Origin: an uncultured Saprospiraceae bacterium
GTDB lineage: Bacteria; Bacteroidota; Bacteroidia; Chitinophagales; Saprospiraceae
NCBI GenBank assembly: GCA_964450495.1
Contig: CAYVFU010000010.1
Span: 488-64,487 of the forward strand
Direction of reading: 5' to 3'
DNA: 64,000 nucleotides
Shown: in pieces, positions 37,145 to 47,227 of the stretch
How positions within the stretch are numbered: position 1 is the stretch's first letter
How the letters are laid out: each line of letters opens with the position of its first letter
Notes under the pieces: generated by a model
Databases searched by the model: none
Told to the model about the DNA's origin: nothing
The model's input: the letters and a program-made list of their open reading frames with translations, nothing else
Translations under genes and position numbers: made by a program

Positions 37145-39754
37145 ATGTATAGACTAGCATATTTTACGTATTGTTTTTGTTTAATGATAACAATTGTAAG
37201 CGCACAGAACGCTGCAATTGTAACGTCAATTATTGTTGATGATAACAATGTTAGTGGTGGAGGTTTTCAAAGCGATGTAACGATTACAGAAGATGGAATG
37301 ACAGTATACTCAGCAGCTGATGTTTCAGGTATATTTAAATCAACAAATGGAGGCTTGTCTTATGTAAACATCAATCAAGGATTGCATAGTCCCAAAGTTG
37401 CAACCTTAGCCATCACGGCAGATAACGAACAAATACTTTATGCAGGTACAGGAGATAAAGGAAACAATGGCGGATTATTCAGATCAATTGATGGCGGAGA
37501 TACTTGGGAGATAACCAATAAAGGTGATAGTGCATTCTTTGCAGGCAACCATTCAGCTGATTCAGATTCACTGCCATATGGTAACCATCCTCGCTCTAAT
37601 GGAGACCTTATAGCAATAGTACATGGTCCAATATTAGATACATTCACCGATGATATTGTAATTGCAGGTACATACAAAAGTGGTGTAAAGATATTTACAG
37701 ATGGGGGTGATCAGCTAGCAACCTTTGCTGCTCAAGAGATTATTGATACAGAAGGTTTTGTCCGGTCAGTCGCTTACGATCCATCAATACCTAATACAGC
37801 ATTTGCGGCTATTCAGTTTATAGATACATTGCAGAGTGGGATATATAAAATAGACTTTTCTAATACTGACTCAATAACCTCAGAATTTGTTTACCAGGCT
37901 TTCAGACCTGAAGGCTTGGTAGTGTTGGGTAGTGGCCATGTGTATGGAGCAATAGGTTCGGAAGGAATAGTGAAATATAATGGAATAAGCTGGAAATCTG
38001 TAAACAATAACCTAGGGACTTTTCCGCCAAATGATACACTAAATCAATGGACAGCTGTAACAGGCTACGTTAAAAATGGTAATACAGATATTGTATATGC
38101 CACTGTCAATAATAGACTAGGGTCTAATGCCGGTCCAAATTTTTCTAGTGTGTGGAGAAGCAAAAATGGAGGTAGTTTGTGGGAGCCTTTAGTTGATTAT
38201 AATACGAATATTTCACATCAGATTTTCGGACAAACATATGACTGGTGGTATAGTAGAGAAGGGTTTCCTGCGGCATCACTTGGTCGTGGCAATAATGTCA
38301 TCAGCTCTATAGAGGTTGCGCGAGGAGTATTTCCAGACTTTGTTACAGACGACATTATTTATGTATCAGGTAGAGGAGGGATTTGGAAGTCTGAGGACGG
38401 AGGTTCTAATTGGAATCCTGCTGTTTATAATATGCAAGCGACAGCGAATAATGATGTAGCTGTCAACCCAAACAATCCAGCTCAAGTGGTAATTGGCAAT
38501 ACTGATTATGTGGTACTAGAAACAAGTAATTACTTTAGTGGTAATCATATATCAAAGGATAAACCAGCCGGAGCTGAATCTCGAGGACACGATGTTATTT
38601 TTGATGCGACTTCTAATAATATCATCGTAGGAGTAGGCGATAGAGACAGAAATGAAGGGGGAGAAGTTTTTCTCAAGTCGGCGGATGACTTAGGAGATAG
38701 CTCTGAGGCTTGGTTGAACACACAACTCATAAATGCCACTGAGGATGAGGGAAAAGTTAGAGCAGTAAGCTATGGTTATCACGATGGTGTTGAAGCATTG
38801 GATGAGGCAATTATTTTGGCAGCAGTAGAGGGAGATGGTGTGTACAGTCATGAGGATGAAAGCTGGTCAAAAAGTAATGGGGTAGATATACGTGCTACAA
38901 AACGGAGTAATTTTATATGGCCTGACAATGGAAATTCTGGAGTCGTTTATTTATTAGACCTATTAGAAGGATTGTATCGATCACAAGATGGCGGTAAAAA
39001 CTGGACCAACATATGGCCAGATATGAGTTTTAATAACAGAGATTTCTTTAATACCGGATATATTACAGCTGATGATAAAGATCCAACAACATTGTACGTA
39101 TCCATACAAGGTAAAACAGGGTCAGCAATAGGTACAGGTTTTCGAGTGTTCAGGATGGAAGGAGCAAACCAAGGCATCTTTGGCGAACCAGGAATTGACA
39201 CTAACATAGTAGATATATCTCATTACACTGGAGATCTAGATATTAAAAGACCAGGTCCCATTGACATGGGTCCGGACGGTAAGCTATGGCTTACGCAACA
39301 ACAAGATTCAAAAAACTCAGTGTATGCAGAGCTCTTTGTCATGGAAGATCCAAAAAATGATTTGCTGTTTACAAAAGTCTCTAATAACGATTATCGCAAT
39401 TTAGCTATCCAGCCTAGTGGTATGGATGTATCTAATGATGGACATGTTTACATCGCCCAAAATGGTACTGGATTAGTCAAAATTAAATATACAGATACCA
39501 CAAATGTTGGATTGAGTGATGACTGCATTGAGATATATCCTGATCCTATACATTCTATTTTTACAATTACAGGAACATTATCAGCGTATGACATTGAGAT
39601 TATAGACGCAAATGGAATTGTGCATACTACTTTAGATAATTCTGGAACAACAGTCCTGATAGATATGAGTGATTTGCCAATAGGTACTTTCTTAGTAAGA
39701 GCAATTAACCAAGTAACTGGTGCACTACATATTCAGAAAATTTTAAAATTCTAA
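37145..39754 (+). CDS. BNR/Asp-box repeat (sialidase/Vps10-like propeller) protein with T9SS C-terminal domain
   Basis: 869 aa with five S-x-D/N-G-G-x-x-W Asp boxes (SIDGGDTWE, SKNGGSLWE, SEDGGSNWN, SQDGGKNWT, STNGGLSY) and a Por-type CTD (IYPDPIHSIFTI...IQKILKF). Confidence 0.85.
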   Translation: MYRLAYFTYCFCLMITIVSAQNAAIVTSIIVDDNNVSGGGFQSDVTITEDGMTVYSAADVSGIFKSTNGGLSYVNINQGLHSPKVATLAITADNEQILYAGTGDKGNNGGLFRSIDGGDTWEITNKGDSAFFAGNHSADSDSLPYGNHPRSNGDLIAIVHGPILDTFTDDIVIAGTYKSGVKIFTDGGDQLATFAAQEIIDTEGFVRSVAYDPSIPNTAFAAIQFIDTLQSGIYKIDFSNTDSITSEFVYQAFRPEGLVVLGSGHVYGAIGSEGIVKYNGISWKSVNNNLGTFPPNDTLNQWTAVTGYVKNGNTDIVYATVNNRLGSNAGPNFSSVWRSKNGGSLWEPLVDYNTNISHQIFGQTYDWWYSREGFPAASLGRGNNVISSIEVARGVFPDFVTDDIIYVSGRGGIWKSEDGGSNWNPAVYNMQATANNDVAVNPNNPAQVVIGNTDYVVLETSNYFSGNHISKDKPAGAESRGHDVIFDATSNNIIVGVGDRDRNEGGEVFLKSADDLGDSSEAWLNTQLINATEDEGKVRAVSYGYHDGVEALDEAIILAAVEGDGVYSHEDESWSKSNGVDIRATKRSNFIWPDNGNSGVVYLLDLLEGLYRSQDGGKNWTNIWPDMSFNNRDFFNTGYITADDKDPTTLYVSIQGKTGSAIGTGFRVFRMEGANQGIFGEPGIDTNIVDISHYTGDLDIKRPGPIDMGPDGKLWLTQQQDSKNSVYAELFVMEDPKNDLLFTKVSNNDYRNLAIQPSGMDVSNDGHVYIAQNGTGLVKIKYTDTTNVGLSDDCIEIYPDPIHSIFTITGTLSAYDIEIIDANGIVHTTLDNSGTTVLIDMSDLPIGTFLVRAINQVTGALHIQKILKF

Positions 39755-39786
39755 GAGTCAAATAAGATCTCAGCTAATAGTTGAAC

Positions 39787-41577
39787 TCAGTTATTTAACT
39801 TTTTCAACATCTCTACAGCATTGCTATTATTTGGATTCAATTCTAATGATTTCTTATAAAATTGTATGGCTAATTCTTTTTCACCTTTAGCCATATACCC
39901 TTCAGCCAAGCTGTCGTATGGATCATAGGCTTCTGGATGTAAGGCTACATTCAATTTAAATATGGCTATAGCCTCATCTACATTATCTTTCTCCAATTGC
40001 TGGTAGCCAAGATTGTTGATGCGATATTCTTGAACAGCGTAATAGTCTGGTTCTTCTTTTTGCTTTGATTTATACATAAGGAGTGCTTTGTTAAAATCTC
40101 CATCTATCAGAAATTCTATTGGCAGTTTTTCATCAGTTGTTATTTTCTTTTTATACTCCAATTCTCCATTTTCTTGTTCAGGCAAAAAGACTAATGAGGG
40201 TTTACCTGTTTGTGGGTTACTTAAGAACTGGATACTTGCTTTTCGCTCTCTTCTAACAAAAGTATTCTCTCCAATTTTTAAAAGCTCTTCTGGATTGCCG
40301 TTTAGATACTTTAAGTATACAGTTCCCTCTTTTTCGTACACAGTTATGTTGTCATCAAAACCATAATCATATTTACCAACTATGCGATCTAATTCTTCCT
40401 TTGTGTAGGCATGTTTTATGTGTATGGGAGGAGCTTTGTCCCATTCATAGGATCTCATTATAGAATTCATGATTTCATTGATCAGATCTGGATGATTGGC
40501 ATTTAACATGACCACAGCACCATATCCATCTTCTATATGACCTGCCATATTACTTGAAAAACCTTCATTCCAACCTCCATGTCCAAATCGTCCATCTCTT
40601 AAAAAGATACCTAATCCCACGAAATCACCCTCTACGGGAGTTACCATTTGACGAGCCATTTCTGATGACAACACTTTCTCTGAATTGCCTTTTAAAGTCT
40701 GTTGTAAATCAATGACGAATTTTGCCAATTCACCAGCATTTGTCCAGAGGCCTGCTGCTGCCATTTCAGGATAGGTGTGTCGCTTTCCTTTAGTCATGGA
40801 GCCATCAGAGAGATAGCCAGTAGCAGCCAACTTTAATTGGTCGGGAGGCAAAGGTTGTGCAAATGTACTTTTAGTCATGCCAATTGGGCCTAACACGGAT
40901 TCTTGCATGATACTTTTGTAATCTTGCTTTGCGACATCTATCATCATTTGCTGCATCACACAATAGCCTCCACCAGAATAACGCATGTCACCACCAGGAG
41001 TTTTGTCGACAAGGATAGGGTCAGAATTAGCCGCCCCTTTACCATTTAATAAATCTATGAGGTTAGGTACTTCTAGATCTGATGAATAGCCCCAAAAGCC
41101 ATGTACAGTCATTCCTGCTTTATGGCTAACCAATCGCTCCAAGGTTACCTTTTCTATTTCCGTAAATTCATTTTCAGGTATTTGCCAAGATGTTAGATAA
41201 TCGTTGACATTTTTATCCAAGGCCAACTGTCCATCTTCAACCATTTTTAATGCTGCATAGGCAGATACAGGTTTGCTGATAGAGGCCGCTTGAAAAAGGG
41301 TATTATCTGTAACTGGCGATGATTGTTCTTTATCTACATAACCATAGTTTTTGGTCCATGCAATTTTATAATCGTGTACGACAGCTATGCTCATACCTGG
41401 AACTCCATAGTGAACCATTCTTTCTTCAATGGTCCATGTTGGTTCTCCTTTGATATAATTATAATTAGATAATCCAGTTTCTACTTGTAGAATTTTTTCT
41501 GTTACAGTTTGGGCATGTGTGTAAATGGAAAATCCAAGGAGTAGAAGAATAGCAATACAGAAGCTCGAATATTTCAA
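39787..41577 (-). CDS. serine hydrolase (class C beta-lactamase/PBP family) with C-terminal TPR repeats
   Basis: 596 aa with a signal peptide, the S-x-x-K motif ASISKPV, and a TPR-like C-terminus (LAEGYMAKGEKELAIQFYKKSLELNPNN). Confidence 0.85.
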   Translation of the reverse strand: MKYSSFCIAILLLLGFSIYTHAQTVTEKILQVETGLSNYNYIKGEPTWTIEERMVHYGVPGMSIAVVHDYKIAWTKNYGYVDKEQSSPVTDNTLFQAASISKPVSAYAALKMVEDGQLALDKNVNDYLTSWQIPENEFTEIEKVTLERLVSHKAGMTVHGFWGYSSDLEVPNLIDLLNGKGAANSDPILVDKTPGGDMRYSGGGYCVMQQMMIDVAKQDYKSIMQESVLGPIGMTKSTFAQPLPPDQLKLAATGYLSDGSMTKGKRHTYPEMAAAGLWTNAGELAKFVIDLQQTLKGNSEKVLSSEMARQMVTPVEGDFVGLGIFLRDGRFGHGGWNEGFSSNMAGHIEDGYGAVVMLNANHPDLINEIMNSIMRSYEWDKAPPIHIKHAYTKEELDRIVGKYDYGFDDNITVYEKEGTVYLKYLNGNPEELLKIGENTFVRRERKASIQFLSNPQTGKPSLVFLPEQENGELEYKKKITTDEKLPIEFLIDGDFNKALLMYKSKQKEEPDYYAVQEYRINNLGYQQLEKDNVDEAIAIFKLNVALHPEAYDPYDSLAEGYMAKGEKELAIQFYKKSLELNPNNSNAVEMLKKLNN

Positions 41578-41777
41578 TATAGTATTATTTAAGTATTGAT
41601 TAGCAGAGTATACTTATAATAACGACAATAAAAATGAAAAGATGCATTCTTGAAATCAAAGAAGCGATTTGTCCATTCTGATTTATGTTTCTTTAGACTA
41701 ATTAGGGCAGTCATAATGTTATAAAGTATCAGTCTGCAATCCTTGCTACATCGATATGAGAACTCCTCATAAATCCG

Positions 41778-41831
41778 GCCAATCCTATTTAACCTACTAA
41801 TTTTGCCAATCCTATAGATTCTACTAATCCT
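41778..41831. repeat. two-copy 27-bp tandem direct repeat
   Basis: GCCAATCCTATTTAACCTACTAATTTT is followed by GCCAATCCTATAGATTCTACTAATCCT (about 21/27 identical). It spans the 3' end of the 41830..42759 gene. Confidence 0.6.
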
Positions 41832-42759
41832 AGCTCTTTTTCCCCTCCAACAGTCTTTTAAATTTCTGCCGCAACTCATCATCATCACCAGCCATTTCTT
41901 CCATGATTAAGGTAAGCTTGGTTTCATACTCATCTCGTTTTTTAATCTGTGATCTTAGATAACTTACTAAAAGAACCAAAAGGGAGATGAATAAAGCACC
42001 ATAAATGAAATTCTCTTTAACCCATTGACCCCAAGATTCGACTTGATCGTTAATGGTTATTTTTTTACTAATCTCAAGAACCATATTGCCTAGCGTGTCT
42101 CGCAATTCTCGACTAAGTAATTCTGTACTTAAATGCGAAGAAACAGAATCAAACTCAATTCCGCTGATGGCATCTGTCAGAAAATAACTCAGACTATCTT
42201 TTAGTTTTTGTGACATGGCATCCATTAGTGTTTTCTCCAGGCTGCTAATGTTATAACGCAACGTGGAAAACACTTCATCCAAACTGTGTGTAAGATTCGA
42301 TTCTATATTGGATATTGCTACTTTCAGATCACCATCAGCACTGCTTACGGCACTATTGACAAAAGCTTTTAATCTCAGTTCCAAGGTTTTATTGAGCAGT
42401 GAATCGGTTATGCCTTTGGAAAATTTTATGCCAGGAGTGCGTGTATCCAATGAACTAAACACTTTATTTAATTCTTTCCCAAGTGTTTCAGATAGTGCAA
42501 TACTGAATTTAGATATTTCACCTTCAGATGCATCAGTTGCAAGCCCTTGAATTGCACCTTCAACTGCGTGCTTTGTTAACCGTTCAATTGTCTCTGCGTT
42601 GCTTAAAGAATCTATTCTTGACTCAATTCTCGCGGCAGCATCATAGCCTATTGATTTTGGCTTCAGTAATGTGCAAGAACTAAGCAGGATTATTAGTCCA
42701 AGTATACCTAAAAGAGATTCGCTCAGACATAGAACTTGTGGTGTGTCTTGTACTTTCAT
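41830..42759 (-). CDS. hypothetical helical lipoprotein with C-terminal TM anchor
   Basis: 309 aa with lipobox LLSSC, a long Ser/Leu/Glu-rich predicted helical region, and TM helix FIYGALFISLLVLLVSY near the C-terminus. Confidence 0.65.
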   Translation of the reverse strand: MKVQDTPQVLCLSESLLGILGLIILLSSCTLLKPKSIGYDAAARIESRIDSLSNAETIERLTKHAVEGAIQGLATDASEGEISKFSIALSETLGKELNKVFSSLDTRTPGIKFSKGITDSLLNKTLELRLKAFVNSAVSSADGDLKVAISNIESNLTHSLDEVFSTLRYNISSLEKTLMDAMSQKLKDSLSYFLTDAISGIEFDSVSSHLSTELLSRELRDTLGNMVLEISKKITINDQVESWGQWVKENFIYGALFISLLVLLVSYLRSQIKKRDEYETKLTLIMEEMAGDDDELRQKFKRLLEGKKS

Positions 42760-42992
42760 TGATTCAGACTAAAAGTATAAAGGAATTTTAGAACGAGCGC
42801 ATGTTATTACAACAAATCTATTCGCTTAAAGGATTTTGTCTGCACGTTCCTAAACTAAAAAGGCATATACGCCTTAAGTTAAATGTAAGTATTTCGCCTT
42901 CTTTTTTATTAAAGTCAAATTAATTGACGTACAAATGACAATAATTGAACAACTAGTGTGGACACTGTATGTTTATTTTATAATTTACAGGT

Positions 42993-44117
42993 ATGTCTGC
43001 CAAACTGATATTCATATTAGCTTTAACTACACTACTATTAGTAGGCTGTGCAGATGATTTTGAGCCTATAGATGCTATGATATCACCAGTTGAATTTGGA
43101 ACAGCTACACTTGCAGACCCAAATGCAACAGAAGAAGTATTTTATTTAAGGAATAAACTCGTAGAAGTAAGTTACAAGGGATGTGCTTTTGGACATCAAG
43201 ATGCGACGGCGTATGGTGTTAATTGGGATCACTCAGGGTTTCCTAGTACAAGTGACGTGTATCAAGTTGCTGGCGATTTTCCGGCTGTAATTGGTTTTGA
43301 TTTGGGAAGGATAGAACTCGGCAGGAGAGATAATATTAATGGAATCAACTTTACATTGATGAAAGAGCTCATCCAAGAAGCACATGCAGCAGGGAGTATC
43401 ATCACATTGTCTTGGCATGCTGCTAATCCAATCAATAGACGAAGCCCGTGGTCTGTAACAGGCGCTATCAACCGAGTATTACCATCAGGTGATCGACATG
43501 AGATATTTGAGACTTACATTTCTCGTGTTGCTGATTTTATGCTTGATCTTACTGACGATGAAGGTAGACCTATTCCGGTTATTTTCCGCCCTTGGCATGA
43601 GATGAATGGTGACTGGTTTTGGTGGGGTAATAGTATATTGACTAATGAAGAATTTAAAGATCTGTATTCGACTACAGTAGATATGCTTGTCAATACACAC
43701 GATGTACATAATGTGTTGTTTGCCTATTCCCCAAATTGTGCATTAACCGAAGAAGAATATTTGGATTTTTATCCTGGGGATGAGTGGGTAGACTTATTTG
43801 GCGTAGACGTGTATGATTTTACAGATAATAATTTTGTAGAGATAGCAACCCAAAGTTTAGAGACCATTTCTCGTCTTGGTGCACTCAGAAATAAGCCTTT
43901 TGCATTTACAGAAACAGGCTTAGAAAATGTTGTTGAAAGTGATTGGTGGACAACTAAATTATATCCTGTTTTGCAAAATACTGGTGCATCATTTGTCATG
44001 CTTTGGCGCAATGATGAAGCAGTGCACTGGTATGTTCCTTTTGTAGGGCATGCCTCAGTAGAAGACTTTAAAACTTTCGTAAACAGACCTGACATTCTTC
44101 TCCGATCTGACATTTGA
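42993..44117 (+). CDS. glycoside hydrolase family 26 (beta-mannanase-like) lipoprotein
   Basis: 374 aa with lipobox LLVGC, the GH26 signature RPWHEMNGDWFWWG, and the nucleophile region FAFTETG. Confidence 0.88.
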   Translation: MSAKLIFILALTTLLLVGCADDFEPIDAMISPVEFGTATLADPNATEEVFYLRNKLVEVSYKGCAFGHQDATAYGVNWDHSGFPSTSDVYQVAGDFPAVIGFDLGRIELGRRDNINGINFTLMKELIQEAHAAGSIITLSWHAANPINRRSPWSVTGAINRVLPSGDRHEIFETYISRVADFMLDLTDDEGRPIPVIFRPWHEMNGDWFWWGNSILTNEEFKDLYSTTVDMLVNTHDVHNVLFAYSPNCALTEEEYLDFYPGDEWVDLFGVDVYDFTDNNFVEIATQSLETISRLGALRNKPFAFTETGLENVVESDWWTTKLYPVLQNTGASFVMLWRNDEAVHWYVPFVGHASVEDFKTFVNRPDILLRSDI

Positions 44118-44292
44118 ATTTGTTGTTAGAAATCAAAATTCCTTGAAGAATTGTTTTAGTGATTACTATTTTTCAGAGCTTATGATCCAAAAAGGTTTGA
44201 TTGAAATTTTAAGCTGCTCAAAATGTCGAACTATGTTTTATAACACATAGTAGATAATCATTTAAGAACCCCCGTCCGCCTAGTGGCGTCCA

Positions 44293-44320
44293 TCCCTCCA
44301 AAAGAGGGGAATTTTATTTG
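44293..44320 (+). terminator. GC-rich hairpin plus T-rich tail between convergent genes
   Basis: TCCCTC-caaaa-GAGGGG is followed by AATTTTATTTG. It lies within a locally GC-rich island (44268..44310) in an otherwise AT-rich spacer. Confidence 0.4.
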
Positions 44321-44382
44321 CTAGTTAGCAAAAGTGTGATTGGTATATGAGTCCATTAGCCTTTTAAGATCGAACCTCAACA

Positions 44383-45780
44383 TTACAAATGAATCACCTC
44401 ATCATACGCCGCTGCTGCTGCCTCCATAACTGCTTCACTCATTGTCGGATGAGGATGAATTGTTTTGATGATCTCCATACCTGTCGTTTCTAATTTTCTA
44501 GCTGCAACAACTTCAGCTATCATCTCAGTGACATTGGCACCTATAAAGTGAGCACCCAAAAATTCACCATATTGTTCATCAAAGATAACTTTCACAAATC
44601 CACTGGATGCACCACTTGCTTTTGCCTTTCCTGAAGCTGAAAATGGAAATTTGCCAACTTTCAATTTGTATCCTGCTTCTTTAGCTTGGGCTTCAGTATA
44701 TCCAACACTTGCAACTTCTGGATAACAGTAAGTGCATGAAGGGATATTATTATAGTCTATTGGAGTAGGGTGGTGATCTGCAATTTTCTCTACAGCAAGA
44801 ATACCTTCTGCAGAAGCCACGTGTGCTAAAGCCGGGCCACGTGTGATGTCTCCAATGGCGTAAATACCAGGTACAGATGTTTGTCCGTATTCATCAACTT
44901 CGATAAGTCCTTTTTCTGTTTTGATGCCAAGTGCTTCCAACCCTAAGTTATCTAGATTAGTAGACACACCTACTGCAGATAAGACTACATCACACTCGAT
45001 AACTGAAGTCTCATTTGACTTGCGATCTTTTACTGTTACTTTACAACCTTTTGCACTGGTCTCCACAGATTCTACAGCAGTATTTCCCAATACGGTCATA
45101 CCTGCTTTCTTATATATTTTGGTGAGTTCTTTAGATACATCTTTGTCTTCTCTAGGTAGGAGTCCTTGCTCTAGGAATTCGACTACAGTGACTTCTGTTC
45201 CGATTGTATTGTAGAAGTAAGCGAATTCTACACCTATTGCACCAGCACCTATGACTACCATTTTCTTGGGTTGTTTCTTTAAAGACATTGCTTGTCTGTA
45301 GCCAATCACTTTTTCCCCATCTATCTCCATGCCAGGCAATGCTCTTGCTTTTGCTCCTGTAGCTAGTATAATGTTTTTGGCTTGGTGTTCTGTTTTTGCT
45401 CCTTTGTCATCCGTAACAATAACTTTCTTTCCTCTTCCTACTTCACCATGTCCATTGATGACTGTAATTTTATTTTTTTTCATTAAAAATTGAACCCCTT
45501 TACTCATCCCGTTTGCGACTTCTCTGCTTCTGTTTACCATTGCATCAAAATCAGCTTTAGCCTCTCCGATAGTAATCCCATAGTCAGAAGCATGATTGAT
45601 GTATTCGTATACTTGTGCGCTTTTCAAAAGAGCTTTTGTTGGAATGCATCCCCAATTGAGACAAATACCTCCAAGAGATTCTTTTTCTATAATAGCGGTA
45701 TTTAGACCAAGTTGCGAAGCTCTAATAGCTGCAACATATCCACCAGGTCCACTTCCAATAACAATGAGATCGAAGTTCAT
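44383..45780 (-). CDS. lpdA: dihydrolipoyl dehydrogenase (E3)
   Basis: 465 aa with GSGPGGYVAAIRA, the redox-active GGICLNWGCIPTK, and a C-terminal HPHPTMSE. Confidence 0.95.
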   Translation of the reverse strand: MNFDLIVIGSGPGGYVAAIRASQLGLNTAIIEKESLGGICLNWGCIPTKALLKSAQVYEYINHASDYGITIGEAKADFDAMVNRSREVANGMSKGVQFLMKKNKITVINGHGEVGRGKKVIVTDDKGAKTEHQAKNIILATGAKARALPGMEIDGEKVIGYRQAMSLKKQPKKMVVIGAGAIGVEFAYFYNTIGTEVTVVEFLEQGLLPREDKDVSKELTKIYKKAGMTVLGNTAVESVETSAKGCKVTVKDRKSNETSVIECDVVLSAVGVSTNLDNLGLEALGIKTEKGLIEVDEYGQTSVPGIYAIGDITRGPALAHVASAEGILAVEKIADHHPTPIDYNNIPSCTYCYPEVASVGYTEAQAKEAGYKLKVGKFPFSASGKAKASGASSGFVKVIFDEQYGEFLGAHFIGANVTEMIAEVVAARKLETTGMEIIKTIHPHPTMSEAVMEAAAAAYDEVIHL

Positions 45781-45989
45781 AATAATAGGTTTGTGTCATA
45801 CAAAGATAAGGAATGCACACTTATAAACTTTGCATGATATTTAATTCCACACAAAGTGGTATGAGCAAAACACATAGATATTTACCTGACATTTCTCGAA
45901 ATATGATTTGTCGTTTTTGCCAATATTTCCAATTTATTTAAAACCCTATCAAGGTCACTACCAGCCTTTACTTTACGATAAATTTAGTT

Positions 45990-47177
45990 TTAGCCACGAT
46001 AAATTTGAACACGAGCTCTACCTTGCTCAAAGTCCTTTACTTCAAAAAAGATAGGTCTGATGACAATATTTCCTGAGTAATCAATAAAGCCAATTCCTCC
46101 TTGAGTCACGACTCTTGCCCTACCGTCTTTGAAATCCCAGTTAAGATCGAATATCGCAGGAATTTGTTCTTTACCTTCAGTGTTCAAATATCCCCATTTG
46201 TTGTTTTTCGAAAACACAGCAAAGCCTTCTGAAAAATTGAAAATTTGTTCATATGCTTCATTGGTTAATAATGATCCTTTATTATCTACTATGGAAATTC
46301 CTTTTTCTGTAGTTACTCGCCATTTACTCTCACCAGCAGCTTCGACTCGTTTCGTATCTGAATTAAATGTATGTGTAGCTTGTCCATCTTCAGTAATGAG
46401 TTGCCATTGTTGGTTGTTTTTTGCCGCAGCAAAAGAGTCTTGGAATTCAGTTAATTTTTCAAATCCGGTGTCTACAATTTTATTCCCTTTGGTGTCAAAT
46501 ATAAAGTACTTGCCATCCTTTTTCGCACGGATATAACTATCGTCAATATAAATTTTATCATACTCCATCTCCATGACTCTCTCACCATTTTTATCAATCA
46601 TGCCATATCGCTTTTCTCGTTGGATAATTGATAATTCACGTTTGAAGTCTTTGGCTCCGTCAAGATAATCATTCAATAAAGTGTCACCATTGATGTTGAT
46701 AAAGTTATAGCCTTGACCAGTTCTGACTCGGATTAAATTATCTAAGCAATCGTAAGCTGTGTCAAATCCCACCGAATTTAACTTTTTTCCTTGCTTATCA
46801 ATAAACCAATATTTTTTATCAAAATCTTGCACTCTCGCAATGCCTTTTTTGAATGCATAGGCGGATCTATATTCATGCTTGATGACTGTTTGTCCTAATT
46901 GGTCAATATAACCCCATTTCCCATCAAGATTGGTTGCTGCGAGATTTTCTGAAAATTCGCGAACACCGTCGTACAAGTCCTCTATCACCAATTGACCGTT
47001 AGTGTTGATGTATCCAAATTTCATATCAGGTCCGGCGTAATCGGCATAGAAAGCTTCTTCTTCTGAAACATCGGCCGACATCACATCTACCTCAGGCTGA
47101 CTATCAGGTAAGCAAGAACTTAAAAGTAAAGTGAGGATACATAGAAACTTGAGCTTCTGTAACATATTGTTAACCAT
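45990..47177 (-). CDS. WG-repeat (KWG) containing lipoprotein
   Basis: 395 aa with lipobox LLSSC and repeated units such as KWGYIDQLGQTVI, KYWFIDKQGKK, RYGMIDKNGERVM and KWGYLNTEGKEQI. Confidence 0.8.
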   Translation of the reverse strand: MVNNMLQKLKFLCILTLLLSSCLPDSQPEVDVMSADVSEEEAFYADYAGPDMKFGYINTNGQLVIEDLYDGVREFSENLAATNLDGKWGYIDQLGQTVIKHEYRSAYAFKKGIARVQDFDKKYWFIDKQGKKLNSVGFDTAYDCLDNLIRVRTGQGYNFININGDTLLNDYLDGAKDFKRELSIIQREKRYGMIDKNGERVMEMEYDKIYIDDSYIRAKKDGKYFIFDTKGNKIVDTGFEKLTEFQDSFAAAKNNQQWQLITEDGQATHTFNSDTKRVEAAGESKWRVTTEKGISIVDNKGSLLTNEAYEQIFNFSEGFAVFSKNNKWGYLNTEGKEQIPAIFDLNWDFKDGRARVVTQGGIGFIDYSGNIVIRPIFFEVKDFEQGRARVQIYRG

Positions 47178-47227
47178 ATTCTTCTATCAATACAAAACGA
47201 TAAATGACTTATAATCGTTTATGGAGT

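Noticed and set aside
41778-41831. Mini CRISPR array
   Set aside because: There are only two adjacent imperfect copies with no spacers and no cas genes.
41589-41888. 99-aa ORF (RIGKISRLNRIGRIY...)
   Set aside because: Its Arg/Ile periodicity comes from translating the 27-bp tandem DNA repeat. It overlaps the end of the neighbouring gene and has no start context.
43769-44113. 114-aa minus-strand ORF
   Set aside because: It is antisense to the GH26 gene, which carries the WHEMNGDWFWWG signature.
46129-46536. 135-aa plus-strand ORF
   Set aside because: It is antisense to the WG-repeat lipoprotein gene, whose repeats are unmistakable.
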